NCBI RefSeq assembly: GCF_030435755.1
Contig: NC_080855.1
Span: forward strand, 24,658,445 to 24,722,444
Length of the DNA stretch: 64,000 bases
Direction: 5' to 3'
Origin: Ochotona princeps
Lineage: Eukaryota
Under the pieces are notes generated by a model. That model was not told the DNA's origin. It searched no databases and saw nothing but the letters and a program-made list of their open reading frames with translations. How positions within the stretch are numbered: the first letter of the stretch is position 1; each line of letters begins with the position of its first letter. Shown here one piece after another: positions 1 through 13,694 of this stretch. The position numbers were made by a program, and so were the translations under genes.

Positions 1-1151
1 GGCCCCTCCTCTTTCTGACAGCGCCTCTATCCAGACTCGGGTCCCACTGAGACCCCCCCCCCCAGTGCACATCTTGGCGTGGTAGGGTGGCGCCTGGCTA
101 AGCCCAAAGCTTGTCGGGAGTTTAGTTCGTGTTAATGCAGTCCTTGATACCCCATGCTGGGTTAGGGGTGTCAAGAAGATTTGGGGCTCCCACTCACCAC
201 CTGGGAGAGAGACAGAGACAAACAGCTAAGGCCATTGCTGGGTGGGGACCCCTGAGGAACCCTGGACCAGGCACTTAGCATCTCTGGGCCCAGACCCCCT
301 CGTGGGTGCTGGGGGAAATAAGGCATCGAGAAGAGCAAAGCTTTTTGCACTGTGCCTGGTGCCATAAAGAGTAAGTGGAAACTGGCAGAAGTGCCAGGAG
401 CTGGGAGGGGCAGGAGCCGACACAGAGCAGGTGTCATTTATAGGAGTGGGGAGCATTGGCCTTTTTAGAGGAGCAGAAAGGGACAGGGAGCTTGCCATGA
501 GATGCAAGGCCGAGGCCCCTGGGCCCAGTGGCAATGGCAGGACCTACGATGAGAAGCTTCAGGATGTAAGATCTGGGGCGGACACAGAAAAGTTCCCCAG
601 TTGACCCAGTTGTCACAGGCTCTGGGAACACGGAGCTTGCTGGGCCTGACTAGTTGGGGCTTGGAAAGGCACCTGCCATGGCCACAAGCTGAGCCAGGGG
701 CTAAGCCAAGACCCAAGTGTCCACTGGCCCTGAGCGAAGAGCAGGTTCTAGCTCTGTCAGGCCCTGGCTGAGTGGCGTGTCTGGTCCTCTCACTGCCCCG
801 AGCCCTGGGCCCAAGAGAGATGCCAGTGACATTGACCTTGTGTAATGAACGCCTAGTGGAGTACCTGGCGCAACCTCCCTGAGAAGTGGCTGCGATGCCG
901 GCATCCACAGTGGGGTTTTCCTCAACTGGAACGTGTGCAGGTCCAGACAGGCAGTGGGAATGAAGTGGCTAGGTGTGGTGAACAAGAGCAGTGCTAGGGG
1001 GGCAGTGCTGGGGTCCAGCTGGCGCCGTGCCAGGGATCACCCCCATCTTGCTGTCTTCCCAAAGAAGCCTGAGATAGGACATAAAGTACAGTTTTAGGTT
1101 CCTAATCCACTGTCTCCTTCTGTGGAGTCACAGGCAAGGGAGCTGTTCTGA

Positions 1152-1777
<626 letters not shown>

Positions 1778-2146
1778 TAGTGAGCGTCTCCCAGGCGCTC
1801 CCCCGCCTCCTGGGGGAGGCACAGGCCTGGGGGAGTTGTGAGGGCAAAGATTAGAGCGGCGAGGGCCTTAGTCTGGAAAAGTCCCCTGCCCTCCCTGAGG
1901 ACAGGCCTCAGTGTCCCTGTCTCTGATGAATTCTGGAGACCTAGTGGGTTCAGCTCAGCCAGGACCCCGACCTCAAACACTCCTCTCCCCCTGGCACCAT
2001 GGCCAAGCTAATGTCCAGGTGAAGTGGAAGGCAGAGAAAAAGGGCAGCAGGCTGCCCAGCCCAGCCCCACTGGGCTCCGGCCCTCCAGCCAGTCTCCTTC
2101 CCTCCCTGGCTCAGACCCCGTCCCCCTCCCCCTCCTCTCCCCACAG

Positions 2147-2479
<333 letters not shown>

Positions 2480-2562
2480 TAAGTGTTTCATGTGAGCACC
2501 TGCTGGCCAGGCACCTGGCTCACGCCTGCCTGGGTCGGGGACAGCTCGGCCTCACCTGCTAA

Positions 2563-2829
<267 letters not shown>

Positions 2830-3192
2830 TGAGGATTGCGGCTAATGAGAGCTCTAGAGTAGCAGGAGTAGGGGTGATGGGGGAGGGACCGTGAACAGGA
2901 TGTGGTTCTAACCACAATGGGAACTTAGACCAAACTTATCAGATCTTGCAGTCTTTGGAGACAATGTAGGAGCTTCGGTGTTGAAGTCATTCTCTTGACA
3001 CTGCAGGAGGATTGAACTCATTGGCTAGATTCAGCCCTATCATGTGCCCCCCCTCCAAATCCCAGGGATCGAGGTCACATGGCAAACCTAGGCTCCTTTC
3101 TCCCCCTCGTGGACAGCGCCTGCCATTGCTGCTGCTTGCTGTCCCTCTGATCTGTCCCATTCCAACAGCTGGTCCTTTCCTCATGTCCGCAG

Positions 3193-3222
3193 GATACACG
3201 GGAGTACGAGGTCTCCATCTGA
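3193..3222 (+). CDS. SEZ6L2: SEZ6L2 terminal coding exon (DTREYEVSI, stop TGA 3220-3222)
   Basis: acceptor ccgcag|GAT; identical to human SEZ6L2 C-terminus DTREYEVSI. Confidence 0.8.
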   Translation, partial: DTREYEVSI

Positions 3223-3706
3223 ACCAGGACTGAGGCTGCAGGACCTGGAACGCCCCCTCCCCTCCTTTATTGGGGCGGTGGGGGGGGAGGGTCCGCCCTC
3301 CTACCTGCTGTGTACATAGTCTGCCCATCCCGCCAGGGGGCTTTTCTGGCCCTGGAGACCCCACAGTTGACAAACCAGCAGCCTGCCGCCCAGAGCCGCC
3401 TCTTGTCAGTTGCCAAACAGGGGGGCCTGCCCCCTACACCCTACTGGCTTTTGGATCCCAGGAGGGGAACTCAGCCCCCCTCCCCTGCAGCTCTTGGGGT
3501 CCCTGCACCCCTCCAGGACTGCCCATGACAGCCCTACAGTCTCCTTGGTCCTGCAGGCCCCTCCTCTCCCCAGCTGTCCTGGCCCCATCCGGATGCCTGG
3601 AAGATGAGAGAGGGAGGGCAGGCAGAGCCAAGGCCCTGCCCCCTTCCTGCTGTTTCCTCAACCCCCCATTTTCTCCATCTTTGCTTCTGGATTTTTGGTT
3701 TTCAGC

Positions 3707-3712
3707 AATAAA
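3707..3712 (+). terminator. SEZ6L2: SEZ6L2 polyadenylation signal AATAAA
   Basis: aataaa about 490 nt after the stop codon, then GT/T-rich sequence. Confidence 0.6.
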
Positions 3713-3989
3713 AAGAAAGTCATCACTTGTAACTGGGCTGCTGGGGTGTGGGAGGCGCTGGGATAGGAGAAGGGGCCAGTAAGACAGATGCAGTTAGAGC
3801 AGGAGGCCATGCCCTGGGTTCTAGGCTCAGCCCTGGTGGACGGCTGGCTGGAACCAGGGGCCTTGACCTTGCTGGGCTGTCTCTTCTGGCTCCTAACAGT
3901 GGGTGGCAGCTAATCCCCCACCAGCACTGTTTGGCAAGAGTTGCATCATGACCAGTTGACTTAAAAGTTGACTTTTGACAACTTTTGTT

Positions 3990-4335
3990 ACCTATTCAAG
4001 TGTATCACCTTTTTAAGATTATTTTACTTGAAAGGCAGAGTTACAGAGGGAGAAAGAGAGAGAGAGAGAGATCTTCCATCTGCTAGTTCACTCCCCAAAT
4101 GGCTGAAATGGCTGGAGCCAGGCCTGCCTTAATCCAGGAGCCCAGAGCTTCTTCTAGATCTCCCATGTGGATGCAGGGACCCAAGCACTCAGACCATCTT
4201 CCAGTGCTTTCCCAGGGAGAGCGGTCAGAAATGGAGCAGCCAGGACTCGAACTGGCAGCCATGTGGGATGCAACCAGTCACAGTGCCACAGTCAGCAGCT
4301 TTGCCAGCAGCCTCAGGTGCACCATTCCTTTACAC
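3990..4335 (-). repeat. rabbit C-repeat SINE (tRNA-derived), minus orientation
   Basis: internal consensus ..gatcttccatctgctagttcactccccaaatggctg..gccaggagcc..tgcagggacccaag.. Confidence 0.7.
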
Positions 4336-7300
4336 CCCCAATCTTGGGGGGGGGGTGCGTTTTGAAGCTACCTGTTGTCACGTGGCTCCCAGGTGTGAGT
4401 TCAATGTGTGTCCTTTTCTGCTCTTGGTACTTTTCAGCATTATAAGGAATTTATATTGTTTTCTTGAGTCCTTTTCTAAATTAAGTGAATTTTACCTAAT
4501 TAAAATTTTACGTCTAAATATGAATCAGTGGTTTTAGGACACCCAGAAGGACACTAAAATACTCAAAAGGAACGAATTGTAGAACATGAGGCTAGCTGAC
4601 CTTGACAGTAACTGGAAGTTCTGAGTCAAGCAGTGCACTGAGCACTCTGCCCATACTGTTTCTGAACCCTCCCAAGGCCCCGGGGGACAATCTATGATTC
4701 CCACTTTCCTGACAGCACCTACCTTCACAGTGGCTCAGCTCCCGCCCTACAGCCCTTTGGGGAGTAAAGCAGTGGATGGAAGAACTCGCTTTCTCCGTCT
4801 TGCCAGGTATTTATGACACTGTCTTTCAAGTGAAAATAAATCTTAAAAAAAAAAAAGCAAAGGCATGTGTGTGGGGGATGTGATGCGTCCCTTCAGGCCC
4901 TATTTAACTCTGGATCTTCGGTCCCTACGGTGGTGGCAGAGAAGGCTCCTACCAGGCAAAAGTGAGCCCCTGGTGGGTGGCCTAGGCCAGACCTTGGAGA
5001 CAGCATGCCCTTGCTCTGCAATCCAACCCCCTCTGGGGCTTTGTGTCCTCCCTCCCCCCCCCCCCATACAGAGTGGCGCTGGTGCACTCTGGAACCACAG
5101 GAAGGGAGGGGCAGTCTCTTTATTAAAAGCCTCCTCTTTCTGGCAGGGTCCTGGCTGGCTGAGGGTGGCGAGGTGGGTGACAAGCTGTGTGATGATTCCA
5201 GAACAGTCGGCCAGGCTTCAGGAGGGCTGTTCACCATCAGGGGTCCCTCTCAAACCAAGAGTTGCAAAGGGGAACTTGCAGGGTCTGGGGGGGGCAGAGC
5301 AGGGGATGGGATGGGAGGGTAGCAGCGTGGGATTCATCTTGTGGCTGCCAAGCTGGTAGGAAGAGCTCCCTGGAAGAGAGTAAGTCCTCCGTCCACCATC
5401 AACCTGTCCCTCACCCACCCTGATGCAGCCACTCGCCCCTCAGGGCCAGCAGCTATCCACCCCCTGCCTGTCCACTCATCTGCCCATCTACTCGGCACCT
5501 ACTCTTCCATTGTATCCCCCGTCCACACTGAGCCCTTTCCAAGAGCCTGGACTCTTTATCTTGCACCCCACTGAAGTGCTGGCCCCAGAGCACATAGTTG
5601 GTGCTCAATAAGTGTGCAGGGAATTCTACTCAAGCTCTTACCAACCACCCCACTCACCCCTCACCATTCCCCAGTTCGACATTCCTGGCTAGCTGTGGTG
5701 CTTTGCAAGACCCAGGGGTGCTTCCCGAGACCCAAGGGTGCAGAGGGCAAGGTTCCTTGGAATGACACACCCAGGCTGTCACAGTTTCTTCTCTGTCTTC
5801 TCTGTGAGCCCTCACCACCACCACACACGGCTCCAGGGCTCCTGCTTCATGGCCTCCTCCCCTCACTCCACACGCTCCCTCTCGGACGGTGCTGCCCTCC
5901 AGCTGCCCCCTCCCTCCTGCTGACTTCCAGGCCGAACTTGACCCTCAGCCCTTGTTTCCATCAAGTTTCCAGGACAGCCTCAAAGTCAGTACTCCCCAAA
6001 GTGGCGGACATGACTTGTGCGTGCTCCAGGAAGGAAGGGGAGGCTGGCCTGGGCAGCACAGAGAACAGGGGAAGGGTCATGGGCCTAGGGTCAGAGAGGG
6101 GGGCAGGCATAGAGAAATCACACTTAGGGCTGTACAGCGCCTCAACCCTTGCCGTGACTCTGAAATGCAAAGCAATGGAAGAGCTTGGGACACTAACATC
6201 ACAGGATCACAATGAGGTTACCTAGGTCAGAAACCTAGCAGTTGCCTGCTTCCGTCCCTGTGGCCGCTGCTATTTCTGATTAATAACCAAACTCGTTCAT
6301 TCTCCTGTCTTTACCCTCTCACCTACACATGCCTCCCTTCCCCAGTCTCTACTGTTGCTACAGCAAGTCAGGCCCTTACCACCTCTAGCTTGGCCTCTGC
6401 AGAATAATTCCGAACTGGCCCTCCTGCCCCCGGCGCCACGCTGCCTGCCGACCATGACAAGGACTGACCTCAAACTCCAACCTGGGGCTAGCACTGTGGC
6501 ACAGCGGGCCAAACTGCCACATGGTATGCTGGTATCCCACACTGGAGCACTGACTGCAGAGTCCCAGATACTTTGTTTCCCAGCAGCTCCTCGGGAACAC
6601 ACCACCAAGGCTGGGGCCTGGGCCTTTGCTCATGCAATTCCCACCAACCCTGGAAAATTCCCTATGGGGAAGCCACCTCTAGGAAGCTTTCCTGGTTTCT
6701 CCAATGGACGCTGGGATAAGCACTCTTGCTCCCAGATCTATTACAAGCATTTATCCATGGGGTGCTGTCTGTCCCTGGCTATCCACTTGTCTCTCCACAC
6801 AAAACCATGTATTCCTCAGGGAACAGAAACTGTATCATGTGTTCCTGTGCTCCAAGCTCTCTGGGACAGACACTGGCATGGAGCATGCGCTAACCTGCTA
6901 ACCTGCTTAGGCCCAGCCAGGCTCATGCTGACAGCCCTGCCCCCACCCCTACCTTAGCACGAGGGGATGGCAGCAGGTGCACCTTGGTGCGGGTCCGGTT
7001 CCTGTCAGATCTAAGAGCAGAGGAGAAGAGAGAGAGAGCTGACAGGAACGGAGAGGAGGCCTGAGGGTGGCAGAGCTGCCAGACCCTGGCTCTGTCCCCT
7101 CATCCCTCCGCCCCACAGCAGCCTCACTCACCGGGTGTCTGTACCTCTGGTCTTTGTGCAGAACACTGCAAGGGGAGGCCCAGTCAGAGGATGGCCATTC
7201 CCAGGGCCAAAGAGAGGGGGAGGGGATTGGCTAGAGAGAGGGAACTGAGGGGTGTGCTAGCTGGGCTCCAGGGCTGACTATGAGGTGAGAAAAATGGGCA

Positions 7301-9283
7301 CAGAATACTAGAACAGGGGGCAGCGTCTGGCACGGCACATAAGATGCCACTGGGGAGGCCTGCACCTCATATCAGAAGGCCTGGGTTCGAGTCCCAGCTC
7401 TGCTTCCCATCCCAGCTTCCTGCTAAGGCACCCTCTGGGAGGCAAGAGGAGAAGGTTCCAGTACTTGGAGTCCCTGCCACCCTGCCGCCCCAGGGGTGGA
7501 GGTGGTACACCCAGACTGAGTGCCTTGGCTTCTTGCCTGGCCCAGACCTGCCTGCTGTGGGCATCTGGGGACGTGGACCAAGCAGATGGGAGAGCTCTGT
7601 CTCTCTACCCTAACAAGCACATAAACACTAAAACTCCAAAGCGCATCGCAGAGAGCTCCGCTCTGAGGGGGAAGGGGTCCGCGGGCAGACGAGGCACGGC
7701 CTTTCCGAGTTAGGGGGGTCACCATGCTGTGAGATCTGCGTCCCCTGGTCTTTCGTTTGCTTTTCCTTGGGGGGCCCTGGGGTCACGTGGCAGCAAGCTA
7801 TAAACAAGGCCTCATCCGTGAGCTCTGTGCTGATCCGGCTCAGGAACTCCTCAGAGTGAGGTAATGAAAACTTCTGGAAAAAAAAGAATTCCAAGGGCTC
7901 AACACGGAGGCCTGCGTGGAGTGCAGGGGCTCACGGGCTGGACTGGGGACTACGGGAGGGCGAGGCTGGCCCTGGGTGGAGAGGCCTCACAGGCTGGTGC
8001 TGTGGGCTGCAGATCTGGGCCCACCGGCTTCGGGATGACACAGGAGGCTGGGGGCTCAGGGCTCTGACCTGCCCCTCATCCCCACACACACATCCCAGCC
8101 CCTTAGCTCACCGGTCCCTCACTCGGGGAGACTGCAGCTTGACACAGCCGGCTGTCCTTGGCCTCCTCATGCTTGGCAGGAGTGGAGGCCATTCCCTGAG
8201 AAAGCAAAGGCCTGGGTTGGGCTGAGAAAGAGCTCCACCAGCTTCTCGCCCACCCAACCCTATCCCATCACCATCCCCCAAGTCCAGAGTTAAAGGGGGC
8301 TTTTCCAAAAAACACTGCATGGTATCATGTCTCTGAAAAAAGAGGAAAAAAATGGTATAGCTTTCTATGTTTTGGGGGGGTTGGGAGCCAGTTCTGAAGG
8401 GGTCCCCACAGCAACTCCCCCTCCCCATTTTGCTCCTCTTGGCCCTTCTTCCCTCCCAAGGTCCTTCCCCAGGCCAGGCAGCTGTGCCTTGTCACCCCGG
8501 ACCTGGTAGATGGGTTGAAATCTTGGGGGTATTCGGCCAGGGGAGGAGGCGGGGAGAAGGGAAGATCCAAGGGGACCCCGTGAAGGTCGCGGGGAGGGGC
8601 AGAGGAGGAGGAACCAGGGAAGAAGGCTGGAGAGAGGGGAGCCCGGGAGGCGCTGCTACCCGTTGCTATAAAAACCTCAGTGCGGGCAGGGGTTCCGCAG
8701 CCTGGTTGCTAGGAGATGAGGGTTCTAGAACCGAGGCCGAGAGAATGTCCCGAGCACGCCGCGTTCGCCCTCCACACCCCTCAGGTCCCTCCTGGGGGCG
8801 GAGGCCTCAGGGCCTGGGGCTGGGGGAGTTTGGGAGAGACGAAGCAGGGCGGAGCCTGGCACCTAAGCCTCCCACCGCTAGGATGTCCCAAGAAGTCCAC
8901 CTGCTCCCGGGCCGCTCTAGCCGCCACTCGGCAGCCCAGAGCCTGCGGGAGCGGAGGGGGCCGGCGAGCTCGGGGGCGGGGACCAAAATGCGGACTATAC
9001 TAAGTGCCCGGACCCCTCGGGGATGCGAAGACCCGGAGGGGCGGGGTCTCACCGCCTCCTCTCTGCCTCCAGGAGGTCATCCCCTCCGCCAGAGCAGACA
9101 TTTTCATTTAGGTCTCCTTCTTCCGTTTTCAGCTTCTTGATTTGGTTTGCGCCGAGGGTCTTTTGTTCCTTCTCTCCTTCTCCCCCCCGCTTGCGCTTTG
9201 GTACGATCCGGTGGAAAGAGGCGGAGGGAGGAGAAGGAAAAGGAAGCGGGCAGGTCTTTAAAGGGGCAGCAGCTATTTAAAGC

Positions 9284-9307
9284 TTTTTTTTTTTTTTTTT
9301 TTTTTTT
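9284..9307 (+). repeat. (T)24 homopolymer inside the CDIPT CpG island
   Basis: uninterrupted T run about 290 nt upstream of the ATG. Confidence 0.9.
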
Positions 9308-9595
9308 GACTTTTCCTCCCGCCGCCTCCTCCCTCTTACATCCTAATCGTTGACGTCTAGCGCCCGTGGAGGTAGGCTCCCAGAAGCTCTCCTGGAGCAG
9401 CCGGGACAACACACCTGCTGACCGCGACCGCTGCTGGACGCCTGACGGGAGGTGCGGGCTTGTGCACTTACCAGGGCACCTCGCGCACAGCTGCAACCCA
9501 TTAGCCGGGCCGGGGGCAGCGGGGTCCAGGGCGGCGGAGGCTGGGACAACGCAGTACCTCCGGAGCTCGCCCTGGGCCACGAGGGGACCGCCACC

Positions 9596-9638
9596 ATGGC
9601 GGAGGAAAACATCTTCCTGTTCGTGCCCAACCTCATCG
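9596..9638 (+). CDS. CDIPT: CDIPT exon 1 CDS (MAEENIFLFVPNLIG)
   Basis: ORF track 9452..9655; ATG in Kozak context accATGG; donor ATCG|gtgagt; matches human CDIPT N-terminus. Confidence 0.85.
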
Positions 9639-9753
9639 GTGAGTGCTGCCCATGACCCAGGCCGGATACGAGGGCCACAGCGGCCGGGGCGGGGTGGGGT
9701 TTGAGCCAGGCTTCCACATGCCGCCCTGTCTCTCCCCACCGTTCTCTTCCAAG

Positions 9754-9888
9754 GTTATGCCCGGATCGTCTTCGCCATCATCGCCTTCTACTTCATGCCC
9801 TGTTGTCCACTCACGGCCTCCTCTTTCTACCTGCTCAGCGGGCTGCTGGACGCTTTTGATGGACACGCCGCCCGAGCCCTTAACCAAG
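9754..9888 (+). CDS. CDIPT: CDIPT exon 2 (YARIVFAIIAFYFMPCCPLTASSFYLLSGLLDAFDGHAARALNQ)
   Basis: ORF track 9795..9977; acceptor ttccaag|GT; donor CAAG|gtgacg; CDP-alcohol phosphatidyltransferase motif DG..AR. Confidence 0.85.
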
Positions 9889-10412
9889 GTGACGGACACC
9901 CCCTTGGAGCCTCTGCCCCTCTCCCTGACCCCGCTGAGGACATGGGGTGGGAGAAGTTTGGGGTCAGAGGGCTCTAAGCTGGCTCTTGAGACCCCTGCTA
10001 AGTTTACTGCTGCTGATGGCGGTGTCAGAGCCAGCCAGGACGTGGCTGTGGAGATGCTGGCAATCCCGTCACAGTTAACAGCAGCCAGGAAGGAGGGAGA
10101 TGGAAGGTGGGTGGGGAAGGGTGCTTCCAGCTGTTTTCCTGTAGCCTGTCCCGCTGGGACCTCCCTGCTCCCCTGGCTTGCCTGGGGGGGGGGGTCGGGG
10201 AGAGCCTTGGACCTGGGTTTGCTGGGCCCTGCCTCTGTTTCAGGTTTTGGTGACCCCACAGCCCACCCAGAGTGGCCCGTGTTCCACTTTCTAGCATCAC
10301 AGTGTTCCACCTGAAACGGGCACCTGTCCCTCCCCTCCCCTGGCCCTCCCCAAGCAGTGCCGCCCCACCTAACAGCCTCCTCTCTATGCACCACCCCTGA
10401 CCCCATTTCCAG

Positions 10413-10566
10413 GAACCCGGTTTGGAGCCATGCTGGACATGCTGACCGACCGCTGTGCCACTATGTGTCTGCTGGTCAACCTGGCCCTGCTCTACCCTCG
10501 TGCCACGCTCCTCTTCCAGCTCAGCATGAGCCTGGACGTGGCCAGTCACTGGCTGCACCTGCACAG
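10413..10566 (+). CDS. CDIPT: CDIPT exon 3 (TRFGAMLDMLTDRCATMCLL..ASHWLHLH)
   Basis: ORF track 10430..10660; acceptor tttccag|GA; donor CACAG|gtctgt. Confidence 0.85.
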
Positions 10567-10814
10567 GTCTGTTGGGGCTGGGTGCGGGGGCAGGGGCAGG
10601 TGGCCGATCCCACCCTGGGGGTGGTGCCTGAAATGTCCTGGGAGGGGGTCTTCATCTTAGCTCTGCTTTGCTGGGGAGCCTGGGGTCCCACAGGATCACC
10701 CCTCAACAGTCAAGTTCACAGTTGGGTTCAGCAGGTCCCAGGACATGCATCACTGGAGAAACTCAGTGGAAGCTCACACAAAGAGCCCTGGAAGCTGGCG
10801 GTTGTTGTTGTGTG

Positions 10815-10834
10815 TTTTTTTTTTTTTTTTTTTT
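10815..10834 (+). repeat. (T)20 homopolymer, the A-tail of the adjacent minus-strand SINE
   Basis: T run immediately 5' of the SINE at about 10845-11145. Confidence 0.8.
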
Positions 10835-10844
10835 AAGATATATG

Positions 10845-11145
10845 CGTTTTTATTCAAAAGGCAGAGTTGCAGAGCGAGGAGACAGAGAGATTCTATCTGC
10901 TGATTGACTCTCCGGTAGCCACAATGGCCAGAGCTGAGCCAATCACAGCCAGTAACTAAGAGCATCTTCCTGGTCTCCAACCTGGGTGCAGGGTCCCAAC
11001 CTCTTGGGCCATCCTCTGCTGCTTTCCCAGGCCACAGGGAGGGAGCTGATGGGAAGTAAAACAGCCAGGACTTGAATTGGTACCAGTATGCAAGGTGGAC
11101 ACTGCAGATGGCAGCTTAGCCTACTATGCCACAGTACTGGCCCAA
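10845..11145 (-). repeat. rabbit C-repeat SINE, minus orientation (CDIPT intron 3)
   Basis: SINE consensus blocks. Confidence 0.7.
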
Positions 11146-11612
11146 GTTTCAGAGGCATAGAGAGATCCCTCCCCAAGTGTCTGCCTTGGCCAGGACTGAG
11201 TTAGTTCAGAACAGAAGCTCTCCTCCAGGTTTCACACCTGGGTGGCCAGGTCCAATGATGTGAGCCAGAGTCTGCACTGGCTGTGACATTGGGAACACAG
11301 ATTGGGAGCAGAGCCCAGACCAAGACACGGGGACTGAGGTGTGTCTCCAGGATGGGTGCAACTGTTCCAAGGCGCATCTTGGTGACTAGAGCAGACCTCT
11401 GTCCCACAGGAAATTTCTCAATGTGGAGTCTGTCCCCTGACTCACCCCCCCAATCGGGACTTGTGGGGCATTGGGGCACTATGTAGCTGTGCCCCAATCT
11501 TTATCTGTGTAGGCACCCTTGCCACGTGGATTGATGAGGGGTCAGGTATGCACTGGTGCTGATTCAAGTAGCTCATTGGGTTGCCTCTCCCCCGTCCCAT
11601 TTGCTCCCCCAG

Positions 11613-11694
11613 TTCCGTGGTCCGGGGCAGCGAGAGTCACAAGATGATTGACCTGTCAGGGAATCCAGTGCTACGGATCTACTACACCTCCAAG
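11613..11694 (+). CDS. CDIPT: CDIPT exon 4 (SVVRGSESHKMIDLSGNPVLRIYYTSK)
   Basis: ORF track 11581..11847; acceptor tccccag|T; donor AAG|gtgagc. Confidence 0.85.
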
Positions 11695-12004
11695 GTGAGC
11701 CTGGCCCACCATCCCTCACAATCCCCCAATCCCCCACTGCCCGGAGGTCCAAGGTCAGAGGGGGAGGGCACAGTAGCCGATAAGGACCAATCCAGACTCT
11801 GCCAGCCCCCCAGGGTGGGAGGGGAGGCCCTGGTGCACCCTGGCTGAAGGAGCTGAGTGGCTGGGAGTGGAAGGGGGGAGTGGGACCAGAAAGTGTTTCT
11901 GGGAGTGAGGGCAGCAAATACGCACCCCCACTTGGTGCGGGAGGGGGTGATGGTGGGAGTGGGCAGGTGGCATGTGGCCCACTGCGCTTCCCCTCTGTGT
12001 GCAG

Positions 12005-12086
12005 CCCGCTCTGTTCACCATGTGCGCTGGAAACGAGCTCTTCTACTGCCTGCTCTACTTGTTCCACTTCTCCGAGGGACCCTTAG
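12005..12086 (+). CDS. CDIPT: CDIPT exon 5 (PALFTMCAGNELFYCLLYLFHFSEGPL)
   Basis: acceptor tgtgcag|CCC; donor TTAG|gtacgc; frame continuous. Confidence 0.8.
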
Positions 12087-12184
12087 GTACGCGGAGGAAG
12101 CGAGGGAGGTGCACCTGCCTGCCCAGCTGAGGGCTCCGTGCCCCCTCCCCTGACCCCCTTCTCTCCTCCTCCCCTCCCCTGTAG

Positions 12185-12330
12185 TCGGCTCCGTGGGGCT
12201 CTTCCGCGTGGGCCTGTGGATCACAGCCCCCGTGGCCCTGCTCAAGTCCCTCATCAGTGTCATCCACTTGGTCACGGCCTCCCGCAATATGGCTGCCCTG
12301 GACGCTGCAGACCGAGCCAAGAAGAAGTGA
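12185..12330 (+). CDS. CDIPT: CDIPT exon 6, terminal (VGSVGLFRVGLWITAPVALLKSLISVIHLVTASRNMAALDAADRAKKK, stop TGA 12328-12330)
   Basis: acceptor cccctgtag|TC; six exons total 642 nt = 213 aa plus stop, the same length as human CDIPT. Confidence 0.85.
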
Positions 12331-12750
12331 CCCCAAAGCCCTGGGTCCCCCGGCCACTTGCCTGCCTGCCCTGGGCGTTGCCTTGTGTCACGAGGCCCAC
12401 ACCCTTCCTGCGAGGAGGCCTGGGGCTCTCACATAGTCTTCGTGTGTGCTCTACCCTGCTGGGAGGGGTCAGCTTCTCTTGGGGTGACATGGCAGTCTCA
12501 GGACCAGGCGCTCCCCCTGGGCTTGGAAAGTTCTGTGGGGGTCCGGGGGGCAGTACCTGCCTGCTGGTCAGTCCTGGGCCCGAGGTGCTGGGGAAATTGG
12601 AGTGAGGGAGCTGGTGGAGAGGGCGTGGCTTGCCCAAGGGGCAGGAGAGAAGTCTTGGAGTGCCAGGCCAGGAGGGAGGGGCCACCCACATCCCTACCTG
12701 TCATGGTGTGGTGTCCTCCCCCTGTCCACACTGGCTCAAGAAGCCTGGGC

Positions 12751-12756
12751 AATAAA
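12751..12756 (+). terminator. CDIPT: CDIPT polyadenylation signal AATAAA
   Basis: aataaa about 420 nt downstream of the stop. Confidence 0.6.
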
Positions 12757-13159
12757 GGCAGCAGCTTCACCATGCCGGATGTGGCTTTCTTGGAGATGTC
12801 TGTGGCTAGGCGTGGGGGTCCTCGGCTTTCCCTCCCTCCTAGTTGAGGGTTTGCCACTATGGTTGCTCCCATAGCAGCTTGAGTGATGTGCTTCCTGGCC
12901 TTTAAACTCTCAGTCCCCGCTGCTTGGTAACCCTGTCTCTGCTCTGGATTAAGAGAACTGCTCACTGCTGTGTAGTAGCTCACTCAGAAATATTCCTGAC
13001 CCGAACTGGGAACTTCTCAAAGCTTGGGGGAGATTTGGGACACCTGTATCCCCTATTGGGGTCCTGGGTCAGCATCCAGCTCCGCTGTTCCTACCACCTG
13101 CCTGCTAATGCCCAGGCTGGGAGCCAGCAGCTGATGAATCAAAGAATTTGGTTCTGGGC

Positions 13160-13450
13160 CTGGTGCTGTGGCTCAACTGGCTAAACCTCCACCTTCAAGT
13201 GCCAGCTTCCTAGAGGGGCACTGATTCACGTCCCAGCTACTCTACTTCCCATCCAGTTTCCTGCTTGTGGCCTGAGAGATCAGTGGAGGATGGCCCAAAG
13301 CCTTGGCACCCTGCACCCACGTGGGAGACCCAGAAGAAGCTCCTGGCTCCTGGCTTAGGATCAGCTCAGCTCTGGCCATTGGGGTCATCTGGGGAGTGAA
13401 CCAGTGGATGGAAGATCTTTCTCTTCCTCTGTAGCTGGACTTTGGCTGGA
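13160..13450 (+). repeat. rabbit C-repeat SINE, plus orientation
   Basis: ..ctccacttcccatccagtttcctgcttgtggcctg..ggcccaaagccttggcaccctgcacccacgtgggagacc.. Confidence 0.7.
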
Positions 13451-13694
13451 CTCTGAGATGCAACATTTGTATTCCCCGACCATGGCTGTGCCCCACAGCT
13501 CAGGCTCCACGGTGCCTGTTTCTTGCACTTCCATAAACTTGGGGTTCCATAAACTTGGGCCTCCCCCCCAGAAGCTTTATTTCTCACAATTATTCCAGGG
13601 CACCTGCCGCAGACAGCTAACTATTCCGCCGTTTGGTCCCTAATGCCTACTGTCCGAGTCCGCTCTAGTATGCCACCAGATTTTTCTTGTTAAG

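Larger units (their letters stand above)
8560..9700. promoter_or_regulatory. CDIPT: CpG island and promoter of CDIPT
   Basis: high CpG and GC content, GC boxes, directly upstream of and including CDIPT exon 1. Confidence 0.7.

Noticed and set aside
4865-6957. Several 100-200-aa Pro/Ser-rich ORFs in the SEZ6L2-CDIPT intergenic region
   Set aside because: They have no start context, splice structure or recognisable domain. The region contains degenerate SINE fragments (about 6480-6660 and 7320-7500), so the ORFs are most likely chance ORFs.
8367-9140. 257-aa plus-strand ORF upstream of CDIPT, and the 211-aa minus ORF 9104..9739
   Set aside because: Both lie inside the CDIPT promoter CpG island and are GC-rich low-complexity (Gly/Arg/Pro). 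There are no splice or poly(A) signals and no recognisable homology.
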